A DNA stretch of 63,990 nucleotides, filler included, from Hyphochytrium catenoides (Eukaryota > Protista > Hyphochytriomycota): the NCBI GenBank assembly GCA_900088475.1. It is 10 parts of 10 records of this genome, joined end to end, with 100 filler letters (N's around TTAATTAATTAA, not from the genome) between each part and the next. Parts side by side here need not be neighbours in the genome. Positions count along the whole stretch, not along the records: positions 1 to 4,223 come from FLMG01002085.1; positions 4,324 to 20,859 come from FLMG01001589.1; 8 more parts are not named here. One strand, given 5' to 3'. This document shows positions 1 through 11,287 of the stretch, one piece after another. Every line of letters begins with the position of its first letter. Position 1 is the stretch's first letter. Under the pieces are notes generated by a model. It had not been told where the DNA came from. It did no database searches and worked only from the letters and a program-made list of their open reading frames with translations. The translations under genes were made by a program, and so were the position numbers.

Positions 1-259
1 GGGGGGAAGGGGGAGAGAGAGAGACAGAGAGAGGGAGAGGAGAGAGAGTGTGACGAGACAAGAGAGAATGAGAAGAAAAAAAGAACGAAAGAGAAGAGGG
101 AGAGAGGAGAGAGAGAGCGCGAAAAAATAAGGAAGACGGGCATGCTGAAAGGAGAGTGTCTGAAGTGAGCAAGGAGAAAGAACTGAAAGGGAAACTCTGT
201 GGTTGGATGGAAGAAGCCGGGGAGGACCACCGAGAATGACAGAGGATACACACACAGAA

Positions 260-325
<66 letters not shown>

Positions 326-346
326 AGTCCCAGAAAACAGCTCTAC

Positions 347-533
347 CGGCATCTGTGCGTCCTTGGCTCCCTTTCAACTCGATTCTCTCTCTTCTTTTCT
401 TTATTCTCTCCTCTCTCTCGGAGTCCTGCATGTCTTTCAAGGGCAGGACAGGCGCGGCGCCCTGGCCGCTCATCTCTATCGGCGCCGCAGGATCCTCAGC
501 AGCCAAGGAACCAGGCACTTCAGAGGGTTCCAT
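347..533 (-). CDS. First coding exon of a possible dynein regulatory complex subunit 1 (DRC1/CCDC164)-like gene; rest lies beyond the window start
   Basis: ATG at 533 gives MEPSEVPGSLAAEDPAAPIEMSGQGAAPVLPLKDMQDSEREERIKKRRERIELKGSQGRTDA, then a GT donor at 346 and a CT-rich (sense) intron. DSEREERIKKRRERI resembles the DRC1 N-terminal ERIxxRRxRI motif. One short motif only. Confidence 0.35.
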
Positions 534-975
534 CTTCTCTCGTTCTTTCTCTCTCTCTCTCTCTCGCTCTATCTCTGTCTCTTTCTCTCCTCCGTATCGT
601 CTTCCACACTAGCGTGGCTGTGATCCCAGAAAGCTGCGTCTCTTCCTATTTTCTCTACAGGGTCTCCTGCTCTCTCTCTCCAGCTCTTCCGCTCAACTCT
701 AAGGTTTCCATGTCCTTGGGCTTCTCTTCTCTGTTCACGAACTTCCTCTTCACGTTCTCTACGCCATGCAAGCCTCTATCTCCTGCTATTACTTCCGCTA
801 GAAGTAGCGTCCTTGAAATCTTCCTCTTTTTTTTTTCTTTCTCTCTCTCTCTCTCTCTATTCTCTTTCTTCTCTGTTCCTCACTCCCCTGCCAACACTGC
901 GCCGGCAACACCACTTACACTTATCCAATTCTCGTGTCTTGCTTTCCCCTCTCTTGTCTCTGTTGTCTCCTCTCC

Positions 976-1020
<45 letters not shown>

Positions 1021-1089
1021 GATATTGTGTCTCCTCCCCTCTCGCTCCTTTACTCTCTGGCTTTGTCTCATGCTTTCTCTCCTCTGTCC

Positions 1090-1140
<51 letters not shown>

Positions 1141-1526
1141 GGCCCTCCGTCCCGCTCGCTTACCTTTTATCTCTTCATCTCTTTCTTTCTCTCTCTTCTT
1201 TGAGTCAAGAAAAGGCGTTACACGTTAGCATTCTGAATCCAGAACTGCGTGATTTCTAATGTTTTTTGGAAATGTCTTTGTTAAATGTAGAATAATTACA
1301 ACAGTCTGCCATGAATGTTTAGAATAGATATGTGTCCTAAATACTACTTAAGCTTATCGCAGATAATAACAACCTTTCATCTCCCACAAAGGAAAATGAG
1401 GATGAGACTCTAAGGGTTAGGAGAGGGGACAGGAGAGAGACAGAGAGAGAGAGACAGAGCGAGAGAGACAGAGCGAGAGAGAGTCCGAGAAAGAGAGAGA
1501 GAGAACCCGAGATAGGGAGAGAGAGC

Positions 1527-1564
<38 letters not shown>

Positions 1565-2433
1565 AGAGGCAGCAGAAGAATCGTTGCTCTTTCAGTCTTG
1601 AAGAGGATTGATCTATCAGCGAGCAATTGACCAGCCCTTCTCACCCTTCTTCTAAAGGCTTCACACCTCGCGATTGCTGTCTCTTCTCTTTCTACGATGC
1701 TGAGGGAGAATGGCAGGCAGTAAGAAGATCTTGCTCGACACAGCGCTGAAGGCAGTCAAACGTCAGATCCTTTTACTGAGAAGTAAGAAAGAGGCGACTA
1801 GAGTAGAGCCTTGCCAAGTGAAGGAGAGGACAGACAACCGAGCCGTGCAGAGTAGACAGTAGCGTGAAGTAGGCCAAGCAAAGAGACAGACACGGACTGA
1901 GAAGGGGAAAAAAGAGAGAGAGAGAAGGACTGAGAAGGACGCATAAGAGCGAGAGAGAGAGAGAGAGAGAGAGAAGGGAGAGGCATCCAAGGGCACACTC
2001 CGGAAACCTAGACGCGTCACGGCGCAAGGAACACCCCTGTCCGTATTATAATACGCATAAATAAGCTAATACTGTCTTCATTCCAGGCCAAGCGCTCTCT
2101 CTCTCTCTCACTTCCTGAGGTGACTTGTCACCTGGAACCTACAGTTTCAGGCCTTCTATCCTGCCTCTCTCTCTCTCTCCCTCCCTTCAACTCTCTCTCT
2201 CTCCTCCTTTTCTCCTTCACCTCTTCTTCCGCTCGCAGTGCATACTGGGGCCTCCTCGTCGGTGTTCTATTGTCCCGATCTGGAAGGCCGAGTTCTTATC
2301 GCCCTTCTCTCCCTCGCGCTCTCTCTCTCTGTTTTCTTTCCCTCATCTGCGTTTCTCTCCCTCTTTCTTTCACTTCCCTGCCGCTCTTGGGGCAACCAAA
2401 TGCCGGTGTCTTTCTCTAGACTAAGCAGTCTTC

Positions 2434-2610
2434 CTAGACGCAGGTCCACACTTTGATGACCTTGTCCACGCCCCCTGATATTATCAGGGGAAGAGACGGA
2501 TGTACCGCGACCGCGGTAACGAAGTGACTATGCGCCTCATCTAACGTCCTAACACAACGGCCAGTCTGCCACAGAGCAAGTGAGTGGACGAGAAAGACAA
2601 TAAGAGTGAG

Positions 2611-2643
<33 letters not shown>

Positions 2644-3618
2644 TCCAACAACCTCGCACGATCAGAAAGTATGCCAGGAGTCAGATAGACAGGAGAGAGA
2701 GAACGTCCTGTTAGGGAGCAAGACAGAGACAACGGCTAAAAGTAGGAGACCAGTGCTGAACCCGCCTCCACATAGCAACTAACCCAAGAAAAGACTAAAC
2801 ACATGAGGGAGAGAGCAGAGAACAGAGAGAGACGAGATATCAGTAGGAGTGAGAGAGTATAGCAGCGACAATGAGCCGCCCTCCGCTTTTGCTACGCTCA
2901 CCGAGAGGTCAAAGACTCTGATAGTCTTGTCCTCCGCTCCACTGATTAAATACTTCCCGCAAGGATGGAAGGCAACTGACCGCACCCAGTTCTCATGGTT
3001 CCGCTATGTGACCGAGAGAGAGAAAGAAAGAGGACGCACATAGAGGAAGGAGAGAGAGAGAGGAAAGGAAAGGAGAGAGAAGAGAGCAAAAGCGAGAAAG
3101 GGAGACGAGAGAGTGTAAAAGAGAGCGAGAGAGGTGTTAATCGAGACTTCGGATAAGGCGAGAGAGGGATAAGCTGAGTGTAAGAGAAGAACAGCGTCTT
3201 GAAGGGATGGAGGCAAACCTTAGAGTATGAATCTTTAAAGCACAGAGAACAGTTCGAGAGAGAACGCTGCCAGCGGTTAAGATGGTCAAAAGCGACAGCA
3301 TTGCATCTATAAGGTAAGAGAGAGACAGAAGAGACAGACAGGACGCTTGCTGGGAAAAATTTAGAAAGCTTTATGTCTCTGCCTTACGAAGGTCATGATG
3401 CACGTCCCCTGTGCCAGAGCCCAGAGCTTGACGGTCTTATCGCGGGAGCAGGAGGCTAGATACTTTCCAACTGAATCTGATGCTCCTGCTAAAGTTCCAT
3501 TCAAGTCCTAAGAAATAGCCAAGTGCGATGGATGACGAGAGGAGAGGGTCAGGCAGATACATTAGGCCATCAGAAGAAGAGAGAGAGAGAGAGAGGGAGA
3601 GAGGGAGAGAGAGACAGA

Positions 3619-3651
<33 letters not shown>

Positions 3652-3681
3652 NNNNNNNNNNNNNNNNNNNNNNNNACAGAC

Positions 3682-3725
<44 letters not shown>

Positions 3726-4223
3726 GCAATGGCATGGGAACCATGTAGAATGGTACAAGAGAGGGAGAAAGGCTAGAGCAAAGATAGCCAGTGCTCTACA
3801 CCACTGGCTGAGAATAGAGGAATGATTGGAATGGTGGAGAGAGAAGATTCTCCCTCAAGAAAGAAAGTCTCACCGCTGTCGGACCCTTGCTTAAGAGCTT
3901 ATCTGTGGCGTCGGGAGAAAATGCAAGCGAATGGACTACGTGCTCGTGCTCCCGGAGAGAGTGCACCACCTGACCAGTGGCTAGATCTGTGACTGATATT
4001 GCCTTCATATACCAGTAAAGAGGGTGGGTTAGCAGCGGAAGGAAGAGAGAGAATCTAGAAAGGTAATGAACAGAAAGAGTGAGACAGAGAGAGGCGCGAA
4101 AGAGAAAGAAAAGACGAGAAAGACAGAAAGAGAGAGGCGAAGAGAAAGAAAGAACGAGAGATACATTCCAGAGGTACCGACCTGATCGTTCCCACTACTA
4201 GCTAACAGGGTCCCTGAGCCATT
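2434..4223 (-). CDS. LIS1: Lissencephaly-1 / nudF / PAC1 WD40 dynein regulator, 3' part (5'-truncated by contig end)
   Basis: Five GT-AG-bounded exons (4182-4223, 3874-4002, 3388-3507, 2902-3003, 2434-2565) splice in frame to [14 protein letters not shown] / [30 protein letters not shown] / [21 protein letters not shown] / [32 protein letters not shown] / [43 protein letters not shown]. This matches the LIS1 C-terminal WD repeats ([13 protein letters not shown], HxNWVR, AHxHFVT, VKVWxC). Confidence 0.92.
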
Positions 4224-4323
4224 NNNNNNNNNNNNNNNNNNNNNNNNNNNNNNNNNNNNNNNNNNNNTTAATTAATTAANNNNNNNNNNNNNNNNNNNNN
4301 NNNNNNNNNNNNNNNNNNNNNNN
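4224..4323. other. Artificial contig-joining spacer (N44-TTAATTAATTAA-N44); identical spacers at 20860-20959, 22003-22102, 23815-23914, 35690-35789, 38578-38677, 52898-52997, 54258-54357, 62665-62764
   Basis: Same 100-nt layout nine times; the 12-mer is palindromic with stops in all six frames; genes are cut mid-exon at these points. Confidence 0.97.
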
Positions 4324-5189
4324 AAGGCAGCAGCCCAAGGTGAACCATCGGTTCACGTACCAAACAGCGCCATCACTGCTGTCTTTGCTCATACTCCCCC
4401 TTCCCGGCGCCTTGCCTCGTCTTCGGGACGAGTACAGGGACTCTCCTCTTCCTTTTGCCCACTTCCTCCCGCTCTTCTAGTTCTAGTGCCTCTTCGAGTC
4501 TCTGAAGTCTCTCTGCTTAATGCAGTTCTCTTTCTGGACCTCTCACCTATGGGCTTCTCAATGGTAAGGCTGTCGCTCTCCTCTGTCCTCCAACGGACCT
4601 AGTTCTCTCGCTCTGTGCTGATGCTTGTTGAGCTTCTTTTGAGCTCGGCCTGGACACTCTTCTCCGTCTCGCTGTGATGAGCTGATGATACATCTGGCAC
4701 AAACAGATTTGGGCAACCTTATTCCGACAAAGTAAGGATGACAAGAACGGAGAAACGTATGATTTTTACTAGGCAGACTCTCCACAGTGACTTGTAGTCC
4801 TTTAGTAGTATTGACCATTCCCTTATAAAGGGCAAGATTAGGACGAAGGAAGGGACAAACTGCACCCGAGCAGAGTTCAAGAGTTCTTCATCGGACGCTT
4901 CCTGAGCGCACACAAGCTTCTGGGCAAGCTACTGAAGATGCGCAGTACATAAGTCCCCAACAACTCCGATCGCGTAGGGCATCCCGTCTAGACTGTTCTT
5001 GAGAGTCAAAGGTCCTTAACCTGGACTAGTATGGTCATAAGTACCCTACACGAAGCGGAAAGGAGAGAGCTCGCTGCTGCCCTATTACCAATCTCAACAA
5101 GCCGGCGGGTTATGAGCCAGAGCCTAGTAGTAGTCAAGGCCTAATGCCCATTGCATTCGTCATGAACATCATCATATGGGGAGCAAGCA

Positions 5190-5480
5190 TTTGGGAATGC
5201 GCGAGATTACATGGGTGCAAACTTGGTTGCAACGGTTGGTTTGCTGAATTAAGGGCAAACGCGGATAAGGCGTCTCACAAAGGTGCTCCTGGTTTCAAGG
5301 AAATGGTGTCAAGGTGTGCGCGCAATTACATGGGTCAAACTTGGGTGCAAGGGTTTGTCTCCTGAATCAAGGGCTAACACGCAAAGGGCGAAGCCAAGGT
5401 GGTCGTGTCAGGTAGCAAAGAAATGAAGCCAGAATCTGCGCGATTTACAGCGAGCTGAAGTTTTTGGGAGCTGTGCTTTG
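5190..5480. repeat. Diverged ~119-bp tandem repeat (2 clear copies, third degenerate), subterminal in the Polinton-like element
   Basis: TGCGCG..ATTACATGGGT(G)CAAACTTGG..GCAA..G..CTGAAT.AAGGGC recurs with ATTACA at 5206 and 5325; weaker copy near 5443. Confidence 0.65.
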
Positions 5481-5853
5481 GGAACTGAAGAAATCATTAA
5501 AATCTCCTGCCACCACAAGACTAAGAATTTGGCGTGGTACACCTCGGACATTTTTCGCAACAACCCTCACGGAATCTCAGATTTGTGGTGCATGTAAAAA
5601 ACATACTACGGCACACCATCCACCACAGCATACTCGCCACTTTGAACTGTGGTGGATGATCGATGACCTGACGGTAACGGACACCACAGGTCATGGAGGG
5701 CGATCCACTGGTGTGGTGTCTTCGCCCACTATAGCCCTCATCCACCACAACATGCCGCCGTGATTGCCGCGTGGGGCCGATGAAATCCGATAAAAAATCT
5801 CGCAATTCAAATTTCAAAAAGAGAGATTGTGCATGGATCTATTGATCAAGATC

Positions 5854-6236
5854 TTCTTACGCAGATCCCATACAGAGATTGACCGCAGACAACTCTCCGT
5901 CGCGGATGTCCCCGCGGTAAGGAGTATGAGCTCTTGCACACCCCATCATTCTTGCTCACTCTCCGTTCTTACGCAGATTCCATACAGAGATTGACCGCAG
6001 ACAACTCTCCGTCGCGGATGTCCCAGGGGTAACGAGTATGAGCTCTTGGACACCCCATCATTCTTGCTCACTCTCCGTTCTTACGCAGATCCCATACAGA
6101 GATTGACCGCAGACAACTCTCCGTCGCGGATGTTCCAGCGGTAAGGAGTATGAGCTCTTGCACACCCCCCATTATCCTTGCTCACCTCTATTTCTTACGC
6201 AGATCCTATACAGAGAGTGACCGCAGAGACCTTCCG
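5854..6236. repeat. 112-bp tandem repeat, ~3.4 copies
   Basis: Unit TTCTTACGCAGATCCCATACAGAGATTGACCGCAGACAACTCTCCGTCGCGGATG... starts at 5854, 5966, 6078 and 6192; copies nearly identical. Confidence 0.95.
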
Positions 6237-6277
6237 TCTCGCTTTCTTTCTCGCTCTCCCTATGCGGCTTCTTTCTT

Positions 6278-6492
6278 TCACTGGTAGCCACCCAGTTTGC
6301 TGTTCTCTTCCACAGAGATCATTTCAAGCTTGGCAATGGATGTGATCTGTTTGATGGTTGCAGTGGGAGGTGTTGCCCATAGGCTACTGACAGCGGTGGT
6401 GTGCTCAAGGTTCCATTTGGTGCCGTAGTTCATGGGGCGAAATTCTTTGTGAGTACTCAGAAGATCTGAGGTCTTTGCGTAAAGGCATTTTG
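6278..6492 (-). pseudogene. HNH endonuclease-like domain (giant-virus/phage NYG..W.[DE]H type), frameshifted from the polymerase C-terminal extension
   Basis: A frame missing from the ORF track reads PKCLYAKTSDLLSTHKEFRPMNYGTKWNLEHTTAVSSLWATPPTATIKQITSIAKLEMISVEENSKLGGYQ*. This fits the pattern NYG-x2-W-x-[IL]-[DE]H-...-[N]L-x6-N-x2-[K]G. Confidence 0.55.
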
Positions 6493-9400
6493 GGGAGCGA
6501 TGGCGCGGAGATCGGATAGCTGAAGGTTGATACCATGTTGCGAGCAGCGGGACTGGATGCTGTTACACCAGTTGTTCCATATTTTGATGTTCTGTCGTTG
6601 CTCGTTATAAGGCTCAGTGCGCCTCGAGCCGCCACAACTTTGATCGCAGGTGAGCTGTGAGCATGTCTGTGACTTCTGCTCTCTCGTAGCTGACAACTCA
6701 ATGCGAGCAGTTATGAAGCGATCTGTGGCTTGCGAGGCGCATTTGTGCGAGCTGTGGATGTGAAGGGCATGCTGGGTGGTTCGAGAGTTGGAGCTGTTTG
6801 CTGGTTGCGCGCAGACGATGCAGGTAGGTGTTGCTGAGCATTCCCGGTGAGTCCAGAAGGTGAAGTTAGTTGATTGGTGTGGAAGCGTTTGGGGCTTGGG
6901 GCCAGTTCTAGAGCATACCGCGCAGAAGATATGGGTCTCTTGGTGGCATGACGTGGATTTATCGCAGACGTGGTTGCACAGTTTATAGTAGCCATGGGGG
7001 ACAGTCTCGTTCAATGACAGCCACACAGACTTGCGATCTAATTTTGTTAGCGTCTTCCGCTCATACCTTGTTTGCATGTAGACACCGCCGTTGCCTTGTT
7101 TGGCGTACTGCTTCTTGAAGATCATATTCTCGACTGCTAGTTGGACTGAGCTCATTCAAGGTACGTCTGAATTGCTCGTGGTTGAGCTTAAGTGCTGCTT
7201 TACAGACACCATTTGCTTTGATCTGCTGCGCTGTTGTCGGCAGGGAGCATGAATCGCAGCTTGGGGGTCAAACAGTGGATCTCTTGCAAGTCTGCTTCTA
7301 GCTTGAATTTGCCCGGGGTGACGTCTCCCTTGGCAGCAAAGAATCGGTCTCTCAGTTCCTGAGGGAATCTTTGGAGGAAAGCATCGTATGAAGGAGTGTT
7401 GGCTTGGAAGTAGACACCTCTGTGTCTATGTAGAGCAATCGAAGGTCTTTGTGAGTGTTTGTACTCCACAAACAGTTATAAATGAATTCATACATCAGAA
7501 GCTTCGAAGTCCAGAGAATACCACCCATACCCAGATATCTTGGTGTCTTCACTTTGGCAGGAGCTCGGCAGCTTACAAGGATAGTGCTTTTGGAGAGCTG
7601 TTTCACATCAACGAGCTCTTTACCCTGAACCTTTTTGAGGTAATCATTCGCATTGCTGACTATGAACTCCTTTGTGTACTTGCTTTCATTTTGGAGAGTC
7701 TTACCGTAGAGTGTGTTTATTAGCATTGTTTTGTAGTAAGCCTTCTTCGACTCACTTGCTACTAAGAGTCCTTCGTCTTCTGCTTCCATGGCCTTGTTAA
7801 CTGATGCTTCTGCTTGCTGGCGCTTGGAAGCGTAATGATTGACGTACTTATCGAACACCATTTTAAACCTCATAGGAATGACTTTCTTGACCTTGGCAAC
7901 AGAGACCATGTCGTTGATGAGCAGATAGAGCAGGACAACATAGCTCGGAATGACGTAGTCTGCTTTGGGTTCAAAGGTAAGAAGAAGCATCTCCGAGGGG
8001 CCACTCCCTTTGTTTGCAGCCTTACTAACCTGTTGCCAAAGGCGCCCAGATGACCGGAGGAACTTCTCTGGTTGGAAAAGCAGGTAGGTGTTTAAGGCGC
8101 TCCTTTTGCTCGTCCGTGTAATAGAGGTCACACTCAAGAAGACATCGAAGGAGGCCGTCTTCATGGGTGTTTAGGTCCTGGACCGTCGCTTTGGCATCAC
8201 CATAGAGAAGAGCTTGAATTAGGTCTTTGGTCCTTGTCTGGCTACTAGCGGTTAGGTCTAGTGTGAAAGGCTTGGCCTTCTACAGGGTCGTCGTTTCTCA
8301 AACTCATCGCTGTCAAGGGTCAGTAGCGGCCTTGACATGGCCCAAGGGTAGAGTGAGTTCGCGTCCATACCGAAGATTCTCTGGGAATGGTGCGGCTTGT
8401 GCCTGATGCTGAAATAGTTGACAGATCCCACCGAAGATAGAACGGTTCAAGAGATCATATGCTGTCTGACTGGGTATTGTGTGAAGGGCTGTCTTCAAGT
8501 GTGAACGCTTGAACATGTTATCATCTAGTTGAGAGATTGTGACGTAGTTCAACGCCTCCATACCTGTATTATTGAACACTGTGGCTCTATAGTTCTTGGT
8601 TGCCTGGCGAAGGAGATCAACGTCCTGGTAGCAGTAGAGCTCCGTATAGGTTTTCATACTAGGCTTCTTGAGACCATTCCATATCTTTCGGGCTTCGTTC
8701 CGGTTTCCTGATCGCCCATATGCCTGTCGGAAAGGTGGTCTTAAGGAACTGAGCTGGATGCTTGACGTAGTCATAGCTGTATGGAAACTTCTTCCCTGTG
8801 ACGCCATTCCTGCTGGCGAAGGCTTCCAAGGACCCTCCTCCATGTCGGAACATGTCAAGGACAACCTTGTATTGCTAGCCGTGATTTGGTCTAGGGTCGT
8901 GCCATTGAGGACGACCTTGTATTGCAAACTGGAGCGCAAGGAAGCCCTAAGGACATACTCTACTATGGGCTTCATGATACTTTCAAACACCCGCTTCCAG
9001 TCCCTGAAGTGGGTTTCAGGTGGAAACAGAAACGAGATGGTTGACAAGACACCAGCTACAGGGCTTTGCAACATGGCGTTAATGGTGCTTTCGAACTCCT
9101 GAATGGCGTGCTCAGGGTTAGAGGTCAGATTGACTTTGCTCACCTGGTTCAAGTGACTAATGGCCACCAGGAAATCGCGCTCCTTGTCTCCAGATGGTGC
9201 CATTAGCCCCTTCTCAACAGCTGATTAAATGACATCAGCTTCTGTCGTCGGGATTTCCTTCGCTTCAGAGGTACAAACTAGGCTCTCCTTTGCCAGGGGC
9301 TGCTTCTGGGCCTGAAGGGCGTCCTCTAATGAAATGTTGTCTCTTTTTGAGATCCGCGTTGCCTCATTGCTTATTGATTGCTTCATCACTTCGATCTGCG

Positions 9401-10053
9401 CGATTTGAGAACTTTCTCTTGTTTGGTGGACTGTTGGCTTGAACACCAGCGTGTTGACCTTTCCTTTGGCTTTGAAAGCGTCAGCAATCTTGTTGACGGC
9501 ATTTGCAACGTCTACATTGGTTGTCGTCAAGTCCAGCGTAGGCCCCATGACAGTCAAACGATAACGCAGGTCGGGCTGGGACTTTGCAAGTAGAGTCATC
9601 ATCCCACGTACGGCTGGTTGGAAACTCCTAAAGAGGGGTCATTTGGCGTTATCAAAGACGAGCTGGGTCTTACGAATGCGGTGTTCAAGAACTGCGACCA
9701 CCTGTTGTGCTTCAGCTTGGCCTATCGTCGTGGGGAGACGAAGCTCAAATCGGGCATGGTGAGTTAGAAAGAATACCTCACGATCAGTTTTGCCTCGCTG
9801 ACTGTATAACTTTATTGAAGCCAAGCTTAACCGCTGCTTCCCTGATTAGCGAGGAGATGAGTCTCTTAGCTTTACCTTCGTCTTCGTGGTTGATGGAGTC
9901 CGCTAAAGTATGGATTCGGTTGATGACAAACGCCTGATCCTCAGAAAGTAGACCAGGATCCAGAACTCGGATTGCTTCGATTGTTGGAGCAGAAAGCTGG
10001 AGCTTTGCAGCCAGTTCCGCAAGCTTGGTGATGGTATCGGCCATTGTGGGCAA
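6457..10053 (-). pseudogene. polB: Protein-primed family-B DNA polymerase (Polinton type), multiply frameshifted
   Basis: Motifs in the expected order across frames: GSLEAF..KKFPYSYDY (8659-8853), exoIII YCYQDVDLL (~8611-8637), SIFGG, motif A DANSLYPWAM (~8336-8365, alternate frame), motif B YKTMLINTLYGK (~7700-7735), PRYLG..ILWTSKLLMYEFIYN, motif C LLYIDT (~7416-7435), PGKFKLE, KANGV, C-terminal KTLTKLDRKSVWLSLNETVPHGY. Upstream ORFs 9225-10053 are probably its broken N-terminus (9225..9602 is in frame with 8313..9203). Confidence 0.9.
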
Positions 10054-10108
10054 GAGGGGCGTACCACTTAAATAGGTAAAGATCTCAGCTAGAGGTCAAC
10101 GAGGCAGT

Positions 10109-10585
10109 TTAGGAATGGTATACATTTTGAGCTATAGGTACCATTTCTGAATTTGTAGACTCCAGGATAGTCTTCCCAAAAGCGATGGCTAGACTCAAAA
10201 TGGTACCCGTAGTCTTGTACCCAGATTCCACTTGCTCCTGTGGCATTTCGATTGGCTTGCTAAACAGGTAGTCAAAGCAAAGAGCCACCATGACTTCTTC
10301 CTTATTGTCTAGCAAAAGGGAATATGCGAACTTAGAGAAGACATCGACAATGTTGAGCAGGACAAAATCAAACTTGCGACTCTGGTTTTGAGGACCGGGT
10401 ATATAAGCACCCACCAAGCGCCTCGTCCGTCGAGTTCCTTGCTCTAAGGGGCGTCGATTCTGAGTGTAGACTTCAGCGGGAAACAGCGTGATATCTGCTT
10501 GCCATTTCCTTAGGGGAGCGGGCACAGCTGTTGTCATAGACCACTTCTTGACTCCTACCTGCTTGATCCTCTTCCTGAGTCGCAA
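10109..10585 (-). pseudogene. Polinton-type retroviral-like (rve) integrase, N-terminal half of the catalytic core only
   Basis: KWQADIT...FDFVLLNIVDVFSKFAYSLLLDNKEEVMVALCFDYLF matches WQADL..Y.L..IDVFSK.A...L..K....V...F; the later D(35)E residues (TDxGxEF) are not seen. Confidence 0.8.
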
Positions 10586-11287
10586 GTCAAGGGAGCTTGA
10601 AGGTGGATCTCTAGGGAGGGGTACGGGGCTCCATGCTTTTTGATGTTCGAGGTTATAATAGAAGCGGCAACAAATTAAAGCGAGCTCTTCTTATTTCCAG
10701 TCAAAGCAGCACCCCTCTTGTGACTATAACGACTACAGCACAAACCGAGAGCTGTGAGTTAGCGGCGGACGAGGAGCGAAAAAATGAGTCCAGTTTGTCA
10801 ATCTAGGAGCCACTGATTAGAGCGTGACAATATCCACAAATCTTTAATACAGTTCGTCGCCAGTCAGTTATTGGCCAGGCCGTGCTTATGGTGGAACTGG
10901 TCTGCTGCCAGCAAAAAAACAACGGAGCTTCTCAAATCCTCTTAGCTACAATTCTTTACTCAAGAGACTGCAATCTCCTCGCTTCAGAAGGTTCAGTCAG
11001 ACGCTTTATGATTGAAGCTAAGAGCAGAAACTACTATCATTGCCCATCTTCAGCTGGGCAGCATTGCAGCTTCTATACCGAAAGCAGTGGCGAGCTGTGA
11101 CGTAGGCAGGTTCAAATATACCAGGATGGGCTCAGACTTTGTGTCATACGGACCGACTGTTGGGGTCAATATGAGGTGAAGAAGAATCAGTCTTTTTTTC
11201 AAACGCTTATGGGGGTTAGAGTTATGCAGATTGAAGCTCCAACCACTTTGGTAGTAGAAAAAGAAACTTGGCGAAGATCTTGCCCAG

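Larger units (their letters stand above)
5126..10620 (-). mobile_element. Decayed, one-ended Polinton/Maverick-like (polintovirus) element
   Basis: AGTAGTAGT terminus at 5126, subterminal tandem repeats, a frameshifted protein-primed DNA polymerase B and an rve-type integrase fragment on the same strand. No capsid, ATPase or protease gene and no second terminus recognised. Confidence 0.85.

Noticed and set aside
199-1228. Long S/L- or E/R-rich ORFs (e.g. 203..1228, 43139..43573, 44434..45150, 54393..55115, 56652..57293, 59634..60440)
   Set aside because: Stop-poor translations of AG/CT microsatellite, or antisense shadows of real exons.
4268-4279. Recurrent palindrome TTAATTAATTAA as a biological motif
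   Set aside because: Always centred in 88 Ns; an assembly linker.
5854-6236. CRISPR-like array (also 19942-20290)
   Set aside because: Whole units repeat head-to-tail with no unique spacers and no cas genes; ordinary tandem repeats.
10547-10560. CTTGACTCCTACCT as the second Polinton terminus
   Set aside because: Imperfect short match inside the integrase frame, with no extended inverted repeat or TSD.
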